Below are positions 56,010-64,000 of a DNA stretch of 64,000 bases, one piece after another. The stretch's first letter is position 1, and every line of letters begins with the position of its first letter. Location of the stretch: assembly GCF_009914755.1 (NCBI RefSeq), contig NC_060941.1, one strand, 5' to 3'. The DNA is from the human T2T-CHM13v2.0 reference genome, Homo sapiens. Under the pieces are notes generated by a model, which saw only the letters and a list, made by a program, of their open reading frames with translations, was not told the DNA's origin and made no database searches. The position numbers were made by a program, and so were the translations under genes.

Positions 56010-56571
56010 TAGTTCCCCCAAATAGGATCATACTGATTTGACATATCCTCTGAATATATCATGAATAACCCAAGTTATTTTATATACATTAGAGGCATGA
56101 TTTTAACAATGACATAATGATAATCATTAATTATATTGTGTGCCTGCTTGGTATTGGAGGACTTACGGAAATTTACTTTTTAAGAAAGCTGAAATTGACA
56201 TCACAAAAATAATAAGAGAGGGGCAGCTCAAGTATTACAAAGTTTTCTACACTGCAAAAGAGGAGAAAGAGATTTTTAAAAAATCTAAGTGAACATGAAT
56301 ATTTTAGGGACAAATGATTATGCCTATCCAAAGCTTCTGGCACTCATGGGAATTTTCCATATTTTTATATTTAATAGGTGTTTCTGAAAAGATACGGAGC
56401 ATGGGGTCAGACGTGTCTCTAAGCATCTACTCTTTTGGAATCACAAGCTTATTCCTTTGACGTGTGTTTTGAGACCCTCTAGTTAAATTGGATCTCCAGT
56501 ACCAGAGTGGCTAGCAAGCCTGCCCTAATGGGAAGTGATGGGGAGATGGGCGTTGGAGTCTGCAGTTTGTC

Positions 56572-57575
<1,004 letters not shown>

Positions 57576-57762
57576 TCTGATATCCAGAATACTTCTTTGA
57601 GGGGAATATATCATAACACCACCAAGTGTCTGAGGTTTACACTCATCCATTAATATATTCTTTCTTCCAATTTATAAAACAAATAATCACAAAGTTAGCA
57701 TTTTTCTTCTGTACAGTAGACAGAGAGGTGCTGAGAAGTCTATGCCACAAAACATGACTTAT

Positions 57763-57945
57763 TGCATTAGTTTGTTCTCACACTGCTATAAAGAACTACC
57801 TGAGACTGAGTAATTTATGAAGAAAAGAGGTTTATTTGACTCACAGTTCCACAGGCTGTACAGGTGGCATGGCTGGGGAGCCTCAGAAAACTTATAATCA
57901 TGGCACAGGGGTGAACGGGAAGCAAGCACATCTTCACATGGCAGC

Positions 57946-57994
<49 letters not shown>

Positions 57995-58170
57995 GGGAAA
58001 TGCCATACACTTCTAAATCATAAGGTCTTGTGAAAACTCACTATCAGGGAAACAGCAAGGGGGAAATCCACCCCCATGATCCAGTCACCTCCCACCAGAT
58101 CCCTCCCCCAACATTGTGAATTACAATTCAACATGAGATTTGGGTGGGGACACAGAGCCAAACCATCTCT
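57763..58170 (-). mobile_element. MSTA/THE1D-like MaLR solo LTR with internal (GA)n expansion
   Basis: Homologous to 48850-49231; perfect 5-bp TSD cttat (57758-57762, 58171-58175); (GA)n at ~57949-57991. Confidence 0.92.
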
Positions 58171-58265
58171 CTTATCTATCATTCCCAAAATAAATAATAA
58201 AAATGCAGGGCAAATTGCTGAGAACAGAGAAAGCAAAAGGTGGCCTTGAACAGAAGAAACATGAT

Positions 58266-58845
58266 ATATATCAGTTAGCTACTGCTATGTAACAAATCAC
58301 TCCAACAGCCAGTGGCTTAAAACAACAAACATTAATTCTTATTCACATATCTGTGTGTTTGTTGGGAGTTGACTAATCTAAGCTATATCCAGACTGGCCC
58401 ATCTGGGCTGCAGGTTACAGTTAGGTCTGTTTTATATATGTTCACTCTGGGACCTAGGTAGAAAGGACAGCAGCTACTCAGAGGAGGAAAGTTCTTTTCA
58501 TAGCAATGGCAGAAGTGCAGGAGCTCAAATATCACCACCTAAACATATTTCAAACTTTGCCATGTCATATTTGCTAGAATCTCATTGGCCAATGCAAGTT
58601 GCTTGGCCAAGCCCAAATACAAGAAGTGGAAGAGTCTAATCCATCCCAGTTTCCAGGGACTTCCCTGGTTTTTAGCACTGAAAGCCACATCCTGAGAAAT
58701 CTCTCAGTCCTGGGAAAACCAGGATAGTTGGTCATCCTAGGGGAAGCATACTCTGCCTTTAGTTGAAAGAATTGCAAAGTTATATAGTCAAGACCATGGT
58801 TGCAGAAAGGCATACGGGATTGGGATTAATAATTCAATCTACTGC
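58266..58845. mobile_element. MLT1-like LTR with nested MER81 (~58630-58739)
   Basis: 'tatcagttagctactgctatgtaacaaatcactcc...gtggcttaaaacaac'; MER81 text 'ttttagcactgaaag...ccaggatagttggtcatccta'. Confidence 0.7.
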
Positions 58846-60426
58846 AGGATGGGCACTATGAGTCTAGAGCTACGAATTCTGTATCTGTGTGTTGGAAATA
58901 GCTTCAGATCCTACGTGGGTTTGTGGTCTATCTACCTAACATTTGCACACCACTTTATATATCCAAAGTGTGCTGGCACTCTCATGTGATTCTATAAGCC
59001 TGTGAGATGGGCGCAAGGGGCATTTTAGACAATCTCAGTTGACAGTGGAGGACACTGTGTGTCCAGGGCTTGCATGTCTTGGCCAAGTTGGAGCAAGACT
59101 GCTGAGAGCCTTGGTTAGTAAAGGGTGAAGAGAAACCTCAAGTCGAGTTCTTTTGATGCTCAGCCTCCATTCTTTACCTTCTTTCTAATAAGTCATTCTT
59201 TTTGATAAAAATTTGGGGTCAATGCCTGATAGGTTAAGTTGAAAAGCCATGTGTTGCCCTTTCAAAGCCTTGAATTCTAGCCCTGTTTGTAACTAAGGTC
59301 ACTCGCTTTCCGCACAGTTCAGCAGCAGAGAAGGGAGGCACACATTACTGCTCAGTATGGGATACGAAGTGCCTTCCCCAAAGTAGCTGACAATGAGAAT
59401 GTCTGCCCTTTATATCTGAGGACTCTTGAGAGCAGCCTGTGAGAAAGGTGGTTTATGAAGGGCTCTGAGAGTAGAAAGGAGATTAGAGTTTACTTACTGA
59501 TGGCAGAAGCAATAGGAAAAGTCTATGGCAACTGAATGACCCCAGGAACATGGTCCACGCTGCCTTTGCCTTTTCTACCCAGGGCTTAGTGGCCTAAAGA
59601 GGTTCTGTATCTGTGAAAGGCAGTGCCCTTGTCCCCTTGGCAGGCTCTGAGGCTTACTCGAACTTGTCTGGCACCAAGGGACTGAGAGATTGCAGAGCTG
59701 GTACCCTGTGCGCATCCAGCCTCTGACTCAACATTTCAAGGAAGTCAAATGCAGCAGTGGGTGGTTATTTATAAGGACTGATGTAAGTTGCTCCTTACAA
59801 ATCATTTATTACTATTTAACTGAAAGTGATGAGCTCATGCCTGAAAAAAAAAAAAAAGGCCTTCACGAAATGATGGACCTTTGGGGAGTGCTTCTCCTGG
59901 AGCCAGTTTGTTCTACATGGAGGAGGGAGGGAGGAAAGGAGAGGAGTAAGCCTCATATTCCCCTTCCAACAAATCTACCACAATCTTATAAAATAGGGGG
60001 TTTCAGCTGCATTTTCCAGTAAGCTTGGTGACTTCATTTACATGGCAAAGATTTATGAAAGAAGTTCACTACCATAGATGTCTATGACATTGAGTCTCTT
60101 GACCTCGCAAGAATTCTCCCTCTGGTTGAGATTGTTTTCTAAGTCTGAAACTCTGGGTTTTAAAGGCATGGTCCTATTTAAGGAGGAACCATGTCTATGA
60201 AGTTTGAGTATAATGTGAAATGAGTTTCATGTGGCCAGAGCTCAAATACTCATGATTCCTCGCAAATATCTGAGACCCAGAAATAATTTTGACATCGTTT
60301 AAATCAAGAAAATGACCTGTCTGTTTCTGTTTTCCTGACTGAACTCCCCAACTAACATGTTTATAGATTAACAAAAAATCAAACTCTGAGATGTTTCATA
60401 TGGCACCTTTCTTGAAGTTTCCTGAA

Positions 60427-60461
60427 ACACACACACACACACACACACACACATGCACACA
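60427..60461. repeat. (CA)n microsatellite
   Basis: Directly visible. Confidence 0.92.
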
Positions 60462-60534
60462 CTATTATTGCTCAGAAAAAAAAGGCAACATAGTTTTTCA
60501 TTTTTAAAAGTCAGGAAATAAAAATCATAGAAGT

Positions 60535-60883
60535 TTTTTTTCTTTCTTTCTTTTCCTTTTTTTCTTTCTTTCTTTCTTTTTTTTTTTTTTTTTGTTAGAT
60601 ATGAAGCCTCTGTCTGTCACCCAGGCTGGAGTGCAGTGGCGTGATCACCGCTCACTGCTGCCTCAACATTCCTGTACTCAAACCATCCTCCCACTTCGGT
60701 CTCCCCAGTAGCTGGGACCACAGGCACGTGCCACCGTGCCCAGTTGATTTTTGAAAATGTTTTCTAGAGATGAGGTCTCGCTATGTTGCCTGGGCTGGTC
60801 TCAAACTCCTGGGCTCAAGCGATCCTTCTGCCTTGGCTTCCCAAAGTGCTGGGATTACAGTCGTGAACCACCACTCCCAGCCG
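60535..60883 (-). mobile_element. AluJ with (TTTC)/T tail
   Basis: 'ctcaaactcctgggctcaagcgatcc' J-type left arm. Confidence 0.93.
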
Positions 60884-61223
60884 ATAAGCAGTTTTTCAAG
60901 CGAAGCGTTTTAACTAGAGAATCGAGAACTAAAAAAATTGTAACAGGTAGTTCGTGCTATATTTAATTCAATACTGTGAACGATTTAGAAGACTAGATCA
61001 TCAAGACAACATTGACAACTGTGGAAAAGAATGGTGTGCAGTGGAGGGCAGACTTATGGAAAAGCAGGAAAATAAAAGAGATGAAAAGATTCACTGTCCC
61101 TGGATCCTACCTAATTCATCTCAAGGTCTACTCTACGCAAGGATCTGTTAAAAATCTGTCCCCGTAAGCATCTGGGTTCTTTGAAATTCTCACAGGCCAG
61201 CCTCGCTTCTGACCACATAGAAA

Positions 61224-61518
61224 CTGGGGACATGTTGGTCAAAGGGTGCAGACTTTCAACTACAAGATAGATAAGTGCTCTGGATCTAATGTACGCATGG
61301 TGACTATGGTTAATAATTCTGTATTGCTTCTTTGAAATTTGATAACAGAACAGATTTTAAGTGTCCCTGGTGAGCACCCCCACAAATGGTAACTATGTGT
61401 GGTGATGGATGTGTTCGTCAATTTGATTGTGGCAATCAATATACAATGTATACATTTATCAAATCATCACCTTGAATATTTACCATTTTATTTGTCAATC
61501 AAATATTTTAAAATAAAA
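61224..61518 (+). mobile_element. L1MA/MB 3' end
   Basis: 'atgttggtcaaagggtgcagactttca...ggtaactatgtgtggtgatggatgtgtt...tttatttgtcaat'. Confidence 0.85.
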
Positions 61519-61534
61519 CTCTGTAAAATATACA

Positions 61535-61662
61535 CATATATCACATACCATACAATCGACTAATTTAAAACACGTATAGTGTGCAATTCAATGTTTTTTA
61601 GTATATTTCCAGAATTATACAACCATCACCACAGTTTTGGAACATTTTCATTACTCCCAGAA
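61535..61662 (-). mobile_element. L1MB-like 3' fragment
   Basis: 'cacataccatacaat...gtgcaattcaatgttttttagtatatt...caaccatcaccaca...aacattttcattactcc'. Confidence 0.75.
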
Positions 61663-62085
61663 TCAAACTTATTTGATGTCTTTTAAAAAATAGTCTTTTT
61701 TTTTTAATTGGCTCTGGAGTCTTTTACAACTTGTTCCTCAAATTATTTTTGGAATAGCTTTCCTACTGATAATATATTAATAGAAAAATCTAAATTTAAA
61801 TTGAAAAAATGACCTGCTTCTAAAATGGAAAAAACTTATCACCCTTTTCCCCCTTCTCCACACCCCTTGATTACATGTTTCTTAGGTAAAATTTGTTCTG
61901 TGAAATGCTGCATATCTGTAACAAACAACCTCTGGAGTTTTTTCTGTTGTCCCATTTGCATTTCCATTTGCAAAAAATCCTTTTTATTGCATGGAATGGT
62001 TTATTCAAAGCTTCTGGCATTTTTGGTATTCATCTCACATTTTACAAAGCGATTACAACAGCTCTAAAGTTTCTTATATTAATGA

Positions 62086-62419
<334 letters not shown>

Positions 62420-63569
62420 TCCTGTTTTTTTCTTAACTGAACCCCAATTATGGTTCCTCTCTTGGGACTTGAGTAACCTTTGTGAAGGATCTTTTTTGGG
62501 ATATCCTGTCAAAATAGGATACTGAGTTTTATTATGAAGTTATCTATATACCAGAAAGCCAACTCTCTTGAGAAGAGGTCTTATTTTGTACAATGGGTAA
62601 TCTTCTAAAATTCCCAAGACATTTGGACATAAAATGTTCATATTTCATTTATTTAGGCAAAAATTGGCTTTAATAGGGGACAATGTGTTAATTTTCTTAT
62701 TTGGACTGTGACATGTTTTCTAGAATTACACTGAAAGCTGAGGTGTGGTCCAGAGGCTGGAGGCTCTTTCTCTAATTTAAATTGCCCTGAGAATTGTTTA
62801 TGAAAGCTTCTAGAAGTGGAAAAACCAACAGCAACAAAGGGACAGGCAGAATAAGAGCCACATTTTATTTTTCTAAGTCAGTTATATATATTTCCACAGG
62901 GTTTAGTACTAGAAAAATCTGAGGAAACTATGTGTAATACAGTCACTAAGAGCCAAGTGACTTTTATTTACCTAAAAAAAGGTCTCCTTGAGAATGTAGT
63001 TTCCAATATAGTTCCTATTCTTGCAGTCCAACTTTTTTTTTAGCATTCTAAAATTAACCAGACAAACCTGATCACTTGATTCCTGGGAGAATGTTTATTA
63101 TCTTCTCAGTGCTTACAGCATAAATGAAGTTATAGTGATTGAAATCAAGCTGCAGGTTTAAAATTCTTCCAAAAATCAGGTAAATCCCTTGTGAAACCAC
63201 AGTCAGCATGCGAAGGTGGATGTGCTGTAGCCCCCAATTTTCTTCTTTCCATCCTTCCCTACATCATTGTTAAGTATTTAATCAACACCTGCTCAAATGT
63301 ACCACTCATGGAAACTTCCCCTGGCTCCCCAGGCCCGAAGAATTTTCCTCATCCTGCTCTATCTCTTGATCCTGCTTGATTGCTCATGCTAATATTTATT
63401 CATAACTGAATTGGTTTTTTTACTCTTTTCTTTATTTTCTGCCTGCTGTACTAGATAGTACCTCTGTGGGGCAAGGAAAATTGCTGTTTTCGATGTCTAC
63501 AATTGTGCCTGGATATCCTAGCAGCTCAATGACTAGTTACTGGCAACTACTAGCTACAGCATACTAGTA

Positions 63570-63898
63570 CAGGTTGAACATCCCTAACCCAAATAATCCA
63601 AAATGCTCTAAAATCCAAATCTTTGAGTGTTCACGTAGAACCATATGGGTGGCTGAGGTTGCCTTCCGATGGTCTGATGTACACAAACTTGGCTTCATAC
63701 ACAAAATATAATTTAAAATATTTTATAAAATTACTTTCAAGCTAGGTGGATAAGGTGTATATGAAACACAGAGGAATTTTATGTTTAGACTTGAGTTCCA
63801 TCCCTAAGATACCTTATTATGTATATGGAAGTACTTCAAAATCCAAAATTGGAGATGCCTCTTCTCCCAAACATTTGAGATAAGGGATACTTAACCTG
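63570..63898. mobile_element. Tigger4/MER46-type (Zombi) MITE
   Basis: TIRs 'caggttgaacatccct' / 'agggatacttaacctg' and TA target duplication on both sides. Confidence 0.88.
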
Positions 63899-63902
63899 TA
63901 GG

Positions 63903-63904
63903 GT

Positions 63905-63949
<45 letters not shown>

Positions 63950-63956
63950 CGTGCGT
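63903..63956. repeat. (GT)17(GC)5 alternating purine-pyrimidine tract
   Basis: Directly visible. Confidence 0.97.
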
Positions 63957-64000
63957 CAGAGAGAGAAAGGGAATATTATAATTTCAGTTAAAATCATCCA

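Overview
Primate (human-like) genomic DNA, AT-rich and dominated by interspersed repeats. I recognise no host protein-coding exon, tRNA, rRNA or CRISPR array; it reads as intergenic or deep intronic sequence and I cannot name the locus. Main content: two large minus-strand L1s (older L1PA-type, ~2.55-8.4 kb; a full-length L1PB-type with a 15-bp target-site duplication (TSD), 24.4-31.0 kb), several ancient L1M fragments, about 20 Alus, MaLR/ERVL solo LTRs, MIR/L2 relics, DNA-transposon MITEs and many microsatellites. The recognisable ORFs are broken L1 ORF2 pieces, Alu-derived, or simple-repeat artefacts. I found no convincing new biological system. The items most worth a second look are local structural events (a 331-bp non-adjacent duplication, a 171-bp tandem duplication, a ~520-bp CpG-rich TA microsatellite that grew inside an Alu TSD, a one-ended MADE1 with a long TSD, a THE1 LTR that keeps a DUX4-type motif but lost its poly(A) signal) and a few non-repetitive candidate regulatory patches. 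Subfamily names come from my recall of consensus sequences, and boundaries of old elements are approximate.
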